Part shown: positions 63,696-64,000 of the stretch, piece after piece
How positions within the stretch are numbered: the stretch's first letter is position 1
How the letters are laid out: every line of letters starts with the position of its first letter
NCBI RefSeq assembly: GCF_000142905.1
Contig: NW_013657675.1
Location: 558,001-622,000, forward strand
Direction of reading: 5' to 3'
Length of the DNA stretch: 64,000 nucleotides
Source: Thecamonas trahens ATCC 50062
Lineage: Eukaryota > Protista > Apusomonadida
Notes under the pieces: model-generated
Told to the model about the DNA's origin: nothing
The model's input: only the letters and a program-made list of their open reading frames with translations
Databases searched by the model: none
Position numbers and translations under genes: made by a program

Positions 63696-63938
63696 TTACT
63701 GCGACTGGCCCTGCTCGTTAAAGGCATGGACAACGACATCAAAGGCACGGAGGAACTTGCTGGTGCAGTTGCGGATGCAGGTCGTCTCCGCCGCCGTTAG
63801 CCTGTTTCCAGGCTCGGGCACGCAGTAATCAAAGCAGGTCGACGACATGACGTTGAGCTGCATCTGGATCATGGCCGATGACGCCTGCTCCTGCATAAGA
63901 TCCATGGCATCACCTCCGTTTCCACTGACAAAGTCCAT
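63696..63938 (-). CDS. Small Tim chaperone (twin CX3C; Tim13/Tim8-like)
   Basis: CFDYCVPEPGNRLTAAETTCIRNCTSKFL. Confidence 0.85.
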   Translation of the reverse strand: MDFVSGNGGDAMDLMQEQASSAMIQMQLNVMSSTCFDYCVPEPGNRLTAAETTCIRNCTSKFLRAFDVVVHAFNEQGQSQ

Positions 63939-64000
63939 CGCAAATAGTGTCAAAGTTGATGGTGGTGTGTGCGGTTCGGTCAGTCTGCTCGATGCGCTAG

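Overview
GC-rich, gene-dense, intron-poor nuclear DNA of a flagellated unicellular eukaryote. Composition and gene content suggest an apusomonad such as Thecamonas; this is inference, not verified. About 33 protein genes are present, mostly conserved eukaryotic housekeeping or ciliary genes: MAD1, a UvrD/Srs2 helicase, a PRMT, bestrophin, TFIIE-beta, BRE1, CWF19L1, SBDS, TSEN54, UCKL1, an ATRX-like SNF2, GST-theta, SCO1, CFAP61, a SPAG8-like gene, AP-1 mu, an LMBR1-family gene and a small Tim. There are also two identical tandem tRNA genes, several minisatellites and one assembly gap (40716-41078). The most notable items are: (1) a secreted Hedgehog-type Hint/Hog protein whose catalytic residues are rewired (D46K, T69H, C143M relative to Drosophila Hh); (2) a claudin-clan tetraspan fused through a long EAAAK-like helix to a calponin-homology domain; (3) tandem tRNA-Met genes with an apparent 6-nt intron that hides a second possible anticodon (GTC); (4) a spliced bacterial-type DegT sugar aminotransferase; (5) a tail-anchored lipid-transfer-like protein with an FFAT motif; (6) strand-polarised poly-C tracts marking gene 5' ends. 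Several -1 frameshifts, two missing first exons and a chimeric gap edge look like pyrosequencing or assembly artefacts but need read-level checks.
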